Source: a virus
Length of the DNA stretch: 64,000 nt
Reading direction: 5' to 3' (one strand)
Virus record (IMG/VR): IMGVR_UViG_3300032235_000387
Coordinates: 7,211-71,210 of that record
Position 1 is the first letter of the stretch. Every line of letters begins with the position of its first letter. Positions 1 to 10,393 of the stretch are shown piece by piece. Position numbers and translations under genes: made by a program. The notes beneath the pieces were generated by a model that saw only the letters and a program-made list of their open reading frames with translations, was not told the DNA's origin and made no database searches.

Positions 1-3000
1 TTTACAATTTTTCTTACATCTCCAGCAGCGTCATAAACTGTTGCTGCTGCAGAAACAAATCGAGTGGAAAAAGATCCTATTCCTGGATTAAATCTTAAAT
101 CACTTGATGAAGTAAAAATTGATGATATTGATCCCGTGGTATTTTCAACAAAACCAATATATCTTGTAGTATTTGTAGAATCTGAAGCAAGTGAAACTGC
201 TTCTGTATTTGCAATTAATGATGTTATTGCCCAGTTGTCTCCTGTTGGAAAATCTAAAGTGGGTTGTGCAAATCTTAAATAAACACCATTTAAATTTTTT
301 GCATCTGAAGGAACACTAACATCTCTTAATGTCCAAATATTACCAGAAATAGAAACAGGTATAGTCTCTATATCATACCATGTACTATTATCAACTGAAT
401 ATTGTAATATTAACTCTTCTCCAGAATCAGGAGATTCTCCCCATACTCCATTTGCCCTATTAACATAATAACTTAATCTTTCGATATTTGTTAAATAAAC
501 TTTATATGTAGTTCTAAGGTATCTTGGTGAAGATATTGAAGATACAGATAAACTACTAACTGGGCCAAAGACACATATAGGTGTACTTGACGGTACTGTG
601 GATGAAGATGAAGTCATCCCAGTCATTGCAAATGGTGTTGTCAAAAATGAAGTTTGACGATATGAATAATCATCTAAAGATAGACCAGTTTGAGAATTTA
701 AATCTATGACTGCAAATGAAGTACTTCTTTCTCTTTGAAAATTGGCTGGAACGACTGATGTTACTGCCCAGTTGTCTCCTGTTGGAAAATCTAAAGTGGG
801 TTGAGAAAATCTTAAATAAACACCATCATAAGATTTTGCATCATTAGGAATAGTTACTTGTCTAAGAGACCACGTATTACCTCTTATTTGGGTTGTAACC
901 ATATAATCAAGAGTTGACCAACTGCTCAAATCATGAGAATACTGTAAATATAAATCTTCTCCACTATCTGGTTGTTCACCCCAAGTTCCATCCGCTTTAT
1001 TAACATAAAATTTTACTTCATCAAAACTGGTTAAGTAAACTTTAGACAAAGTTCTAATATTTCTTTCAGAAGTAGACTCATCAAATAAACATATTGGAGT
1101 ATTTGTGGGAATAAATCCACTGGTTGTCATTCCAGAAATTGAACCTGGTGTTGTAAAAAGAGTACCTTCATTTAAAAAACTTGTATTGGAACTAAAATCC
1201 ATTACAGACATTGAAGATGATCCACCTCCACTGATTCCACCAGAATCTGTTTTAATAATAACTGTTGTTACTGCCCAGTTATCGCCACTTGTAAAGTCTG
1301 TATCTAATTGTCTAAATCTTAAATAAACACCAGCATATGATTGGGCAGTTGCATCTGATAAAATTACAGTTCTAAGAGTCCAAGTATTTCCTGCAACATC
1401 CCCAGAATCAATGGTATCAAGAGCAGTCCATCCCGATACTCCATTTATAGAATATTCTAATGCAATTCCTTCACCAGTGTCTGGTGTTTCTCCCCATACC
1501 CCATTTGCTTTATTAACGTAATAATAAATTACTGATATTGTATTTAAATAAACTCTATAATTATTGGTTATTTTTCTAGTTGATGCTACTGTATTTCCAA
1601 AAACACAAATTGTTGTAGAAGATGGAACAGTGGTTGTAGATGTCATTCCAGAAACATTAAGCACAGATTTAATTTCTGCGCCTGCTTCGATAGTGTAACT
1701 TCCAGCAGCGTTTAAATCTATAATTGCGTATGAAGTATTTCCAACTCTACCATATGGTCCCTGAAGTCCCTGAAGTCCTTGTCTACCTTGAGATCCTTCA
1801 ACTCCAGTTCCTCCAGTAAACCCTTGAAGTCCTTGAGTACCTTGTAATCCTTGTCTACCTTGTGTTCCTTGACTATTTTGAATTCCTTGAGGACCTTGTG
1901 CACCTTGTGCACCTTGTCCACCGGTTCCCTGAATACCTTGAATACCTTGACGACCTTGTGTTCCTTGTAATCCTTGTAATCCTTGTCTACCTTGAGTTCC
2001 TTGTGATCCTTGACTACCTTGAGATCCTTCAACTCCAGTTCCTCCAGTAAACCCTTGAAGTCCTTGAAGTCCTTGTAATCCTTGTCTACCTTGAAGTCCC
2101 TGAAGGCCCTGAGAATTTTGAATACCTTGAGATCCTTGAGTACCTTGAGTACCTTGAGTACCTTGATTATTACTAAGAGCTCCTTGAGTACCTTGACGAC
2201 CTTGTAGTCCTTGTGTTCCTTGTAATCCCTGAGTTCCTTGAAAATTACTTAAAGGTCCTTGAATTCCTTGAGTTCCCTGTAAACCTTGAAGTCCTTGAAG
2301 TCCTTGAAGTCCCTGAGAACCCTGACTACCTTGAGTTCCCTGTGTTCCTTGAGTTCCTTGAAGACCTTGATTCCCCTGAAGTCCCTGAGTACCCTGGAAA
2401 TTACTTAAAGGTCCTTGAATTCCTTGAGTTCCCTGTGTTCCTTGAGTACCTTGAGTACCTTGAATTCCCTGAAGTCCTTGAGTTCCCTGAAGTCCTTGAA
2501 GACCTTGATTACCCTGAAGTCCTTGAAGACCCTGAAGACCTTGAGAATTTTGAATACCTTGAGATCCTTGAATTCCTTGTATTCCTTGTATTCCCTGGAT
2601 ACCTTGAATTCCTTGAGTTCCTTGTATTCCCTGGATACCTTGAATTCCTTGAGAACCTTGGCGTCCTTGGAGTCCTTGAGTACCTTGGAAATTACTTAAA
2701 GGTCCTTGAATACCTTGTCCTCCTTGAAGTCCCTGAAGACCTTGAGTACCTTGAGTACCTTGAGTTCCCTGAAGTCCTTGAGTTCCCTGAAGTCCTTGAA
2801 GACCTTGATTACCCTGAAGTCCTTGAATACCTTGTCTTCCTTGAAGACCTTGAGTACCTTGATCTCCTTGAAGACCTTGATTTCCCTGAAGACCTTGAAT
2901 ACCTTGAGTTCCTTGGAAATTACTTAAAGGTCCTTGAATACCTTGCCTTCCTTGAAGTCCCTGAAGACCTTGAAGACCTTGAAGACCTTGACGACCTTGA

Positions 3001-3287
3001 GTACCTTGAAAATTGCTTAAAGGTCCCTGAATACCTTGAGCACCTTGAGCAGAAACACCTTCTAAATCAACAGTTTTAATCCAATATCTTTTACCTACTT
3101 GACCATGAACTGCTATCAAAGCATACTGTTCTCCATTTGGAACAGGATTTGATAGTGTAGATGCGATTCCAACTTTTGGGTCCCCAAGATCAGGTTCTGC
3201 TTGTTCTAATCCCAGAAATTCATATCTATCTGAGGTTATTCCCGTTTGTTCAAATCTTCTTACTCTTCCAGAATTATATTTTACCAT
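1..3287 (-). CDS. Collagen-like (Gly-X-Gln) tail fibre with three reelin-like beta-sandwich repeats; 3' end runs off the window
   Basis: Not in the ORF track because it has no stop in the window. ATG at 3287 (MVKYNSGRVRRFEQTG...). Frame read open at every point checked, down to position 3 (...ATVYDAAGDVRKIV). GXQ repeats at about 1760-3050; three repeated domains at about 220-1650. Confidence 0.85.
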   Translation of the reverse strand, partial: MVKYNSGRVRRFEQTGITSDRYEFLGLEQAEPDLGDPKVGIASTLSNPVPNGEQYALIAVHGQVGKRYWIKTVDLEGVSAQGAQGIQGPLSNFQGTQGRQGLQGLQGLQGLQGRQGIQGPLSNFQGTQGIQGLQGNQGLQGDQGTQGLQGRQGIQGLQGNQGLQGLQGTQGLQGTQGTQGTQGLQGLQGGQGIQGPLSNFQGTQGLQGRQGSQGIQGIQGIQGTQGIQGIQGIQGIQGIQGSQGIQNSQGLQGLQGLQGNQGLQGLQGTQGLQGIQGTQGTQGTQGTQGIQGPLSNFQGTQGLQGNQGLQGTQGTQGTQGSQGSQGLQGLQGLQGLQGTQGIQGPLSNFQGTQGLQGTQGLQGRQGTQGALSNNQGTQGTQGTQGSQGIQNSQGLQGLQGRQGLQGLQGLQGFTGGTGVEGSQGSQGSQGTQGRQGLQGLQGTQGRQGIQGIQGTGGQGAQGAQGPQGIQNSQGTQGRQGLQGTQGLQGFTGGTGVEGSQGRQGLQGLQGPYGRVGNTSYAIIDLNAAGSYTIEAGAEIKSVLNVSGMTSTTTVPSSTTICVFGNTVASTRKITNNYRVYLNTISVIYYYVNKANGVWGETPDTGEGIALEYSINGVSGWTALDTIDSGDVAGNTWTLRTVILSDATAQSYAGVYLRFRQLDTDFTSGDNWAVTTVIIKTDSGGISGGGSSSMSVMDFSSNTSFLNEGTLFTTPGSISGMTTSGFIPTNTPICLFDESTSERNIRTLSKVYLTSFDEVKFYVNKADGTWGEQPDSGEDLYLQYSHDLSSWSTLDYMVTTQIRGNTWSLRQVTIPNDAKSYDGVYLRFSQPTLDFPTGDNWAVTSVVPANFQRERSTSFAVIDLNSQTGLSLDDYSYRQTSFLTTPFAMTGMTSSSSTVPSSTPICVFGPVSSLSVSSISSPRYLRTTYKVYLTNIERLSYYVNRANGVWGESPDSGEELILQYSVDNSTWYDIETIPVSISGNIWTLRDVSVPSDAKNLNGVYLRFAQPTLDFPTGDNWAITSLIANTEAVSLASDSTNTTRYIGFVENTTGSISSIFTSSSDLRFNPGIGSFSTRFVSAAATVYDAAGDVRKIV

Positions 3288-3296
3288 GAATCTTAA

Positions 3297-3659
3297 TTAT
3301 TGTTTTGCTGTTTCTAAAACACTTAAAATTAAAGTTAAAACATTATTTTCATTACTTTGTACTTTAATTACATCATTAGTTTCTAGTGCTAGTCTACCGT
3401 CAGAAACTAATGTGTAACTATCATTTGGAGGAATTGGTACTTCATTTGCAAATCTATAATCTATATTTGGTGCCTCTTTTGATCTTGAATGATTTGCCGT
3501 AACTGTGTATGTACTTCTTGCTGATCCAGTAGAAATATTTGTAACTTGTGATAAGATAACAATAGAAGCAACTCCAATAGGGCAAGTGTATATACCAACA
3601 TTATTGGTAGTAATTCCAACACGAATTGTTCTAAATTTATTAAGTGCAACTGCCGCCAT
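3297..3659 (-). CDS. Small virion-associated hypothetical protein (beta-rich)
   Basis: 120-aa ORF packed between two fibre genes; beta-strand-rich sequence of the type seen in cyanophage structural clusters. Confidence 0.7.
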   Translation of the reverse strand: MAAVALNKFRTIRVGITTNNVGIYTCPIGVASIVILSQVTNISTGSARSTYTVTANHSRSKEAPNIDYRFANEVPIPPNDSYTLVSDGRLALETNDVIKVQSNENNVLTLILSVLETAKQ

Positions 3660-3661
3660 TT

Positions 3662-6600
3662 TTATCTACCCAATGCAATAATTAAAGGTGTTACTGTATT
3701 TAACAAACTTTGACTAAATGCTCTTCCACTAATTGTTCCAGTAAGTTGATTTATAACAATTCCTTCACCAATTTGGAAGTTACCAGATTGATTAGTACTG
3801 GTATAAACAACCTGACCACCGTTTCTTTTATCAACTTCATTTTCTTGAATTGATACTCCACCTAAAGCTGGTTTAGCAGTATTAATATTTGTACCAGATC
3901 CCACCCATTCAAGAGAAATTGAAGTAGCAATTTGAAGACTTAATCTTGAAAAGTAAACTGTTGTTCCTGCGCTCACTACATTATTTAGATTTTGTGTTAG
4001 AACTATTGTTGAAATTCCAGATATTGGTAATGTAGCACTTTCAATATTATAATATAGAGGATACATAATTGCTTCTGCTACTGCACTACCAGATTCAAAG
4101 GAAATATTTGGAGTAGTTAAATATTGACTTCCATTACTGATTACATCAATGGATATAACTCTTCCAAATTCATCTACGTTTGCTGATGCTTCTGCAGAAA
4201 TTCCATTTGGACCTTGTGGCGAATCAATAGTTACAATTGGGGGATCATCTGGATTATATCCACTTCCACCATCTATTACTCTTATAGTATTAACTTGATA
4301 GTATAATTCTCCAAAATATATTGCTTGACCATCATAAGGTCTATTTTTTCCAACTCCAGAAACTACAACTGAAGCACCCTCTTCTTGAGTATCTTGAATA
4401 ACTTCTCCAGTATAACGATATATTGATTTTGTTTCGTAATCGCCAACACCATCAGAAACTAGTCCATAGTTTCCGAATGAACAGTTTGAGTTTGTAATAT
4501 CACATTGTCCACCAGATTTTGTGAAGATTCCAATATCATCACAAATTGTAAATATCGAAACTAACTGGGAATATGCACCATTTGTAATTGAAACACCAAT
4601 ACCACCTTGATTATACTGAGTATAAGAGTCAACTGACATGGTTCCAGTAACACCAATATCTTCTTGATCTCCAGGTTCAGCTTCAAAACCATCAACTTTC
4701 ATTCCAATACTATCTGCAATAAAATTAGTGCAATTTCGTATGTATGGACCTTGAGTAATTGGACCGACACCTTTTGAATATGGAGGTTTGACCACACCAC
4801 CAGAAACATAATTATGTGCCATCGGTGCAGTTCCTACATTTACAGTAAATGTGTTACCTGTACCAACTACACTTAAAACTCTAAAATTATAACCATTATT
4901 TCCTGTTGGATAAATTGTAGTTGTTCCTGATCCACTAGAACAAGAAAACTCTAGGTCTCTTAAAGAAACTACATCGTTAACTTTAACATTTAACCCAGGA
5001 GCAGTTATAGTAGTGATACCTGTTATATTATCATATGATGCTGTAGTAATACCAACAGCACGATTAATTACATATCCTCCAGAAACATAATTGTGAGGAA
5101 TTGTCGAAACTCCAGTATAAACATCGAAAGAATTATCATCATATACTTTATTAACATAAAATTCATAACCATAGTATCCAGATGGGAATCTTTGTGTAGA
5201 TATTGAACCTCCAGAAGAGCAAGAGAACGATAAGTCGCGGATTTCTACCATATCACCTTTTTTAACTGAAAATCCAGGTGCTTTTAATGTAGTTTTACCT
5301 GAAGTTTCAGTATATACTGCACTTGTAATACCTACAATTGATGTAAATCCAGATCCACGATTTCCTGGGTATGATGTGGTAATTCCTGATTGAGAACCTA
5401 AACCAACAATTGTTGTTACAACACCAACACATGAGCGAATTGCCGATACAACATTTGCACATCCATTGATTGCATTATTAAATCCAGTATCTGGATCTAT
5501 TTGCATTGAAATATCTTTTATTTGTGTATACTCATTTTGGAAATTTGTATATTTTTGTATTGTTCCACCAGAAACATAAGTGTGTGGTAAAGTTGATTGA
5601 CCAACCACAACTTCAAAAGTATTAACACCAACAATTCTATTGACATTGAAAATATATCCATAAGAACCAGTTGGATATATTACTGTTGATGGACCCGATG
5701 GACACGTAAATCCTAATCCAACAATCTTTACCGAATCATTTTTTATTAATCCATGATTTATTGCAGTAATTGTTGTAACTCCACTGATGTTATTATATTC
5801 TGCGTTTATAACCGTTGTGCCCAGTCCTACTGGATATCCTCCCCATGTGACGTTGTTAATTACCGCTCTTGCAATTTGATATGAATAATCTAAAGTTGAT
5901 ATTGTTTGTTGAACTTCTTGTGGGTTTTTTAATATTCCTGGTATTAAATTCCAATTATCGTCATAATACGATTTACCTGCACCAACACACTTCGAATTTC
6001 CACCTCTAGTAATATCATGAATAACACATTTCCATATATCCCTTACATCATCTGCACAATCTTTACTTTCTAATGTAACTCCATATCTAACTGATGGAGC
6101 ATTTAATGTTGTCCCTGCACCAATCATATTGGTTACAATACCAACTAATTGTCTAATGGTTGTTCCTACGCCTACACACCCACCTTCAACTTGAATGACT
6201 GAAAGATTCTTAACTTGAGTTATGCTATTACCAACTCCCTGATAAGAAATAGGAGGAGTTAAGTTATTAATAACATGAGTTGCAATTCCAGCAGCATAAT
6301 CAAGAGCAGCGATAGTTGCTTGTGAAACACCAACTCCAGTAATATGAATTAAACCACCAGAACTATTAAAATATGAATATCCAGCACCTATAGATTTACG
6401 ATTACTATTTGCTTTTAAATCATAAGAAATAGCATTCATAATACTAACAACATCTTCTTTGCAATTGATATAACTGCTAATACCAAGAGTAAAGTTATAT
6501 CCAGATGGCGAAGTTAAGAAACCAACTGCTTCTGCGGCAATATAATTTAAGTTTGAATCAATTAATTTTGCAGCATCTTGCTCTCTATGTCCACCAGCAA

Positions 6601-9600
6601 ATCCACTAAATCCACTTGTTAAGAAACCAACAGATTCTCTAGCAATATAATCAAGGTTAAAACGAATCATTCTTGCACCATCAAAAAATCTATCAGAAGA
6701 AACACCTTCTAATGGTTGAAGAGCAACAACTGCAGCACCATTAGTCATAGGTGCTCCAATAAAACTTACATCAGTAATATGACATCCATTATTAACATAA
6801 AATAGATCTCTATCACGATTTAATGGAGTGATGACACAATTTCTAAGTTCTGTACCTTCTACAGAAACAGTTCTTGCAAGAACAATCGGATTATCTTCAA
6901 CATAAGATCCAGGGAATACTTTAATCGTATCTCCAAAAAGTGCTACTGATGCTGCAGATTTAATAGTTCTTTTTGGATAATTTTCAGCCAATCCTGTATT
7001 ATTATCATTACCAGTCTGAGAGACATAAATTGTTTTACCAATTGGTCTATAAGCATCTACAGTTACAACACCTTTACCTGGATTTTGTGTTGATGTTATG
7101 TCAATACCAATTCCAGGAACTAATTGTGTTACGATTCCAACTAAATTAACTCCTCCACCATAATAATCAGTAGCAGTTGCTGTACCAACAACAGTCAGTG
7201 TATTTGTGATGACACTTGTTCCAATACCAATACTTCCAGATGATGGATTAAAGACTAACTTTTCGGGTGAACTAAAAACTGTAGATATTTGACCACTTGC
7301 TGTTGTTGAAAATGCTGGATATGTAATTCTATTATTAGTATCTGGAGATACTGTAATATCATTTCTTCCTGGAGTTCCTTGTAGTCCTTGTAATCCTTGG
7401 CGACCTTGTAGTCCTTGTAATCCTTGTAATCCTTGATTACCTTGAAGACCTTGCCTACCTTGATTACCTTGAAGTCCTTGAAGTCCTTGAATTCCTTGAC
7501 GACCTTGAAGACCTTGGTTACCTTGAATACCCTGGACACCCTGGGATCCTTGAATACCTTGGATACCTTGGGATCCTTGTGTACCTTGGAAATTACTTAA
7601 AGGTCCCTGTAATCCTTGTATTCCTTGACGACCTTGTAATCCTTGGAGACCTTGAAGTCCTTGATTTCCCTGAAGACCTTGAGAACCTTGAGATGACTGC
7701 GTTCCTTGAGTTCCTTGGTTACCTTGAAGTCCTTGAGTACCTTGAAGTCCTTGAGTACCTTGAAGTCCTTGAAGACCTTGAAGTCCTTGAGTACCTTGGA
7801 AATTACTTAATGGACCTTGAACACCTTGATTACCTTGAAGACCTTGAAGTCCTTGTAGACCTTGAAGTCCTTGTAGACCTTGAAGTCCTTGAGTACCTTG
7901 GAAATTACTTAGAGGTCCCTGTAATCCTTGCGTTCCTTGTAGACCTTGATGACCTTGTAGACCTTGGTTTCCTTGAAGACCTTGTGTTCCTTGAAAACCT
8001 TGAAGACCTTGATTACCTTGAAGACCCTGTGTTCCCTGTGTTCCTTGAAGTCCTTGAAGACCTTGACGACCTTGGTTGCCTTGAAGTCCTTGAGTTCCTT
8101 GGAAATTACTTAGAGGTCCCTGTAATCCCTGTGTTCCTTGAAGTCCTTGAGTTCCCTGAAGTCCCTGAAGACCTTGATTACCCTGAAGTCCTTGAAGACC
8201 TTGATTTCCTTGAAGACCTTGAGTACCTTGATCTCCTTGAAGACCTTGATTTCCCTGAAGACCTTGGAAACCTTGAAGACCCTGTGTTCCCTGAAGTCCC
8301 TGAAGACCTTGACGACCTTGGTTGCCTTGAAGTCCTTGAATACCCTGGGATCCTTGAAAACCTTGAAGACCTTGATGACCTTGTGTACCTTGTGTACTTT
8401 GACGACCTTGAAGACCTTGAATACCTTGTCTTCCTTGAAGACCTTGACGACCTTGAAGACCTTGTGTACCTTGACGACCTTGAGTACCTTGAGTACCTTG
8501 GAAATTACTTAATGGACCTTGAGCACCTTGGCGGCCTTGTACACCTTGAACTTGAAGACCTTGAGTACCTTGAGTACCTTGAAAATTACTTAAAGGACCT
8601 TGAATGCCTTGGCGACCTTGTGCGCCTTGATTTCCAGTTCGATTGACATTTACTGTTATTTTTTGTGTATTTGATGGAATAGAACTTCCACCAACATAAG
8701 TAACATTAATTTCATAATATGGAGCAGTTTCAAAAAAACCATTTACTACTCTGGAGAAAACTGAATCTATATTAAAAATATTTACTGCAGTACCAGATGA
8801 AGACTGTGTACTAATTATCAAGTATCCTTTATGTGAATTTATTGTATCATCCCAAGTAGAATACCAATTTGTTTGATCATTACCAAAAATATCATAATTA
8901 CTTACATTAATTTGCGATACATTTGAAATAGATGAACTATTATATCTTATTTCTCCATTAGAAAATACATTGATAATTGGTGAAAATGAACCTGGATAAG
9001 ATGGTATTACCGTAGTTGTACTAAAGTAATATGGTGCACCACCAAGTGGACCAATTAATCCCTGGGTTCCTTGGAAATTACTTAAAGGTCCCTGTAATCC
9101 TTGTCTTCCTTGAAGTCCTTGTAATCCTTGGAGACCTTGAAGTCCTTGATTACCTTGAGTACCTTGAAAATTACTTAATGGACCTTGAACTCCTTGGCGA
9201 CCTTGAAGTCCCTGACTATTTTGAACTCCTTGAGGACCTTGAGTACCTTGAAAATTACTTAATGGACCTTGAACTCCTTGGCGACCTTGAAGTCCCTGAC
9301 TATTTTGAACTCCTTGGGATCCTAAGCGGCCCTGCAATCCTTGTAATCCTTGTCTACCTTGAGTTCCTTGACTATTTTGAATTCCTTGAAGACCTTGATT
9401 ACCTTGAAGTCCTTGAAGACCTTGATTACCTTGAAGTCCTTGAAGACCTTGAGTGCCTTGAAAATTACTTAAAGGTCCTTGGATACCTTGAGTGCCGGCA
9501 CCTTGAAGACCTTGCAATCCTTGAAGACCTTGAGTACCTTGAAAATTACTTAAAGGTCCTTGGATACCTTGTGTTCCTTGACCAAATCCTCCACCCCCAG

Positions 9601-9724
9601 TTCCTCCAGATATGACAGATTGATTTTCACCTAATTGAATGTCACCATAAACAGTTATGCCCTTGAAAAAAGTGGCTTTTTCATTAAAATAAGATTCATT
9701 ACCAGTTACTGTTATGTCTGACAT
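3662..9724 (-). CDS. 2020-aa fibre/spike protein: GXQ collagen, beta-helix (pectin-lyase-like) domain, inserted helical and beta repeats
   Basis: Long (GXQ)n tracts; IYVSQTGNDNNTG...PKRTIKSAA...GDTIKVFPGSYVE beta-helix N-cap motif; three PHxYVSGG repeats; lies directly downstream of the gp5 genes. Confidence 0.85.
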   Translation of the reverse strand: MSDITVTGNESYFNEKATFFKGITVYGDIQLGENQSVISGGTGGGGFGQGTQGIQGPLSNFQGTQGLQGLQGLQGAGTQGIQGPLSNFQGTQGLQGLQGNQGLQGLQGNQGLQGIQNSQGTQGRQGLQGLQGRLGSQGVQNSQGLQGRQGVQGPLSNFQGTQGPQGVQNSQGLQGRQGVQGPLSNFQGTQGNQGLQGLQGLQGLQGRQGLQGPLSNFQGTQGLIGPLGGAPYYFSTTTVIPSYPGSFSPIINVFSNGEIRYNSSSISNVSQINVSNYDIFGNDQTNWYSTWDDTINSHKGYLIISTQSSSGTAVNIFNIDSVFSRVVNGFFETAPYYEINVTYVGGSSIPSNTQKITVNVNRTGNQGAQGRQGIQGPLSNFQGTQGTQGLQVQGVQGRQGAQGPLSNFQGTQGTQGRQGTQGLQGRQGLQGRQGIQGLQGRQSTQGTQGHQGLQGFQGSQGIQGLQGNQGRQGLQGLQGTQGLQGFQGLQGNQGLQGDQGTQGLQGNQGLQGLQGNQGLQGLQGTQGLQGTQGLQGPLSNFQGTQGLQGNQGRQGLQGLQGTQGTQGLQGNQGLQGFQGTQGLQGNQGLQGHQGLQGTQGLQGPLSNFQGTQGLQGLQGLQGLQGLQGLQGNQGVQGPLSNFQGTQGLQGLQGLQGTQGLQGTQGLQGNQGTQGTQSSQGSQGLQGNQGLQGLQGLQGRQGIQGLQGPLSNFQGTQGSQGIQGIQGSQGVQGIQGNQGLQGRQGIQGLQGLQGNQGRQGLQGNQGLQGLQGLQGRQGLQGLQGTPGRNDITVSPDTNNRITYPAFSTTASGQISTVFSSPEKLVFNPSSGSIGIGTSVITNTLTVVGTATATDYYGGGVNLVGIVTQLVPGIGIDITSTQNPGKGVVTVDAYRPIGKTIYVSQTGNDNNTGLAENYPKRTIKSAASVALFGDTIKVFPGSYVEDNPIVLARTVSVEGTELRNCVITPLNRDRDLFYVNNGCHITDVSFIGAPMTNGAAVVALQPLEGVSSDRFFDGARMIRFNLDYIARESVGFLTSGFSGFAGGHREQDAAKLIDSNLNYIAAEAVGFLTSPSGYNFTLGISSYINCKEDVVSIMNAISYDLKANSNRKSIGAGYSYFNSSGGLIHITGVGVSQATIAALDYAAGIATHVINNLTPPISYQGVGNSITQVKNLSVIQVEGGCVGVGTTIRQLVGIVTNMIGAGTTLNAPSVRYGVTLESKDCADDVRDIWKCVIHDITRGGNSKCVGAGKSYYDDNWNLIPGILKNPQEVQQTISTLDYSYQIARAVINNVTWGGYPVGLGTTVINAEYNNISGVTTITAINHGLIKNDSVKIVGLGFTCPSGPSTVIYPTGSYGYIFNVNRIVGVNTFEVVVGQSTLPHTYVSGGTIQKYTNFQNEYTQIKDISMQIDPDTGFNNAINGCANVVSAIRSCVGVVTTIVGLGSQSGITTSYPGNRGSGFTSIVGITSAVYTETSGKTTLKAPGFSVKKGDMVEIRDLSFSCSSGGSISTQRFPSGYYGYEFYVNKVYDDNSFDVYTGVSTIPHNYVSGGYVINRAVGITTASYDNITGITTITAPGLNVKVNDVVSLRDLEFSCSSGSGTTTIYPTGNNGYNFRVLSVVGTGNTFTVNVGTAPMAHNYVSGGVVKPPYSKGVGPITQGPYIRNCTNFIADSIGMKVDGFEAEPGDQEDIGVTGTMSVDSYTQYNQGGIGVSITNGAYSQLVSIFTICDDIGIFTKSGGQCDITNSNCSFGNYGLVSDGVGDYETKSIYRYTGEVIQDTQEEGASVVVSGVGKNRPYDGQAIYFGELYYQVNTIRVIDGGSGYNPDDPPIVTIDSPQGPNGISAEASANVDEFGRVISIDVISNGSQYLTTPNISFESGSAVAEAIMYPLYYNIESATLPISGISTIVLTQNLNNVVSAGTTVYFSRLSLQIATSISLEWVGSGTNINTAKPALGGVSIQENEVDKRNGGQVVYTSTNQSGNFQIGEGIVINQLTGTISGRAFSQSLLNTVTPLIIALGR

Positions 9725-9735
9725 TTTTTATAGAG

Positions 9736-10392
9736 TTAATTACTTTCTTTTTTTTCTGCCGAAAACATTTTTTCTTCCATATCACTAAGAACATTGGATG
9801 GGAAATTTGCAATTCCACCAGCAAGGTTACTTAAAGTTCCTGAGATATTAGGAACAATACCTTCAAAAGCACCAGAAACAATGTCTGCACCAACAAAACT
9901 ACCTTCAAAAACTTTCATTCCAAACGTGGGTGTAATTGCATTACCTGTTAATGCACTCTCATCAATTTTATTACCTTTTAATAAAATTCTTCCAGATCCA
10001 GAATTAAGATTTATATTTCTTCCTGCCTTTATATCAACATCTTCATCTGCCTCAATCATAACATTTTTTCCACGTATTCTAATTTTACCATTTCTCATGG
10101 CAGTTATGGTAACATCACCATTCATTCCGGCAATAACAATATCTACACCATCACTAGATTCTTTATTTCCCGCGATGAATTCTATAGCCCTATCATTCCA
10201 TATCCTATAAGTTCCAGATTCTGCTAAACCCGTAAAACAAACATCCTTATCATCAGTAACACCATACATTGCATAAACATTGGTTCCATTACCCCCCATT
10301 TGGGGATTATTGAAATCAATCCTGAATTTTGGACCCATTCCAAAAATATCTCTAGATTCCCAATTTTGATTTTTTTTAGGTCTTTCTGCCAT
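9736..10392 (-). CDS. Baseplate spike protein, gp5 C-terminal beta-helix-like
   Basis: GDVTITAMRNGKIRIRGKNVMIEADEDVDIKAGRNINLNSG short-strand repeats typical of the gp5/VgrG needle; follows the gp5 N-terminal gene. Confidence 0.65.
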   Translation of the reverse strand: MAERPKKNQNWESRDIFGMGPKFRIDFNNPQMGGNGTNVYAMYGVTDDKDVCFTGLAESGTYRIWNDRAIEFIAGNKESSDGVDIVIAGMNGDVTITAMRNGKIRIRGKNVMIEADEDVDIKAGRNINLNSGSGRILLKGNKIDESALTGNAITPTFGMKVFEGSFVGADIVSGAFEGIVPNISGTLSNLAGGIANFPSNVLSDMEEKMFSAEKKESN

Positions 10393-10393
10393 T

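Noticed and set aside
1862-9615. Long plus-strand ORFs rich in L/E/D or S/L/K/T, and minus-strand KV/KD ORFs
   Set aside because: Shadow frames of the CAAGG-based collagen repeat, which lack stops by construction; no RBS or independent coding signal.
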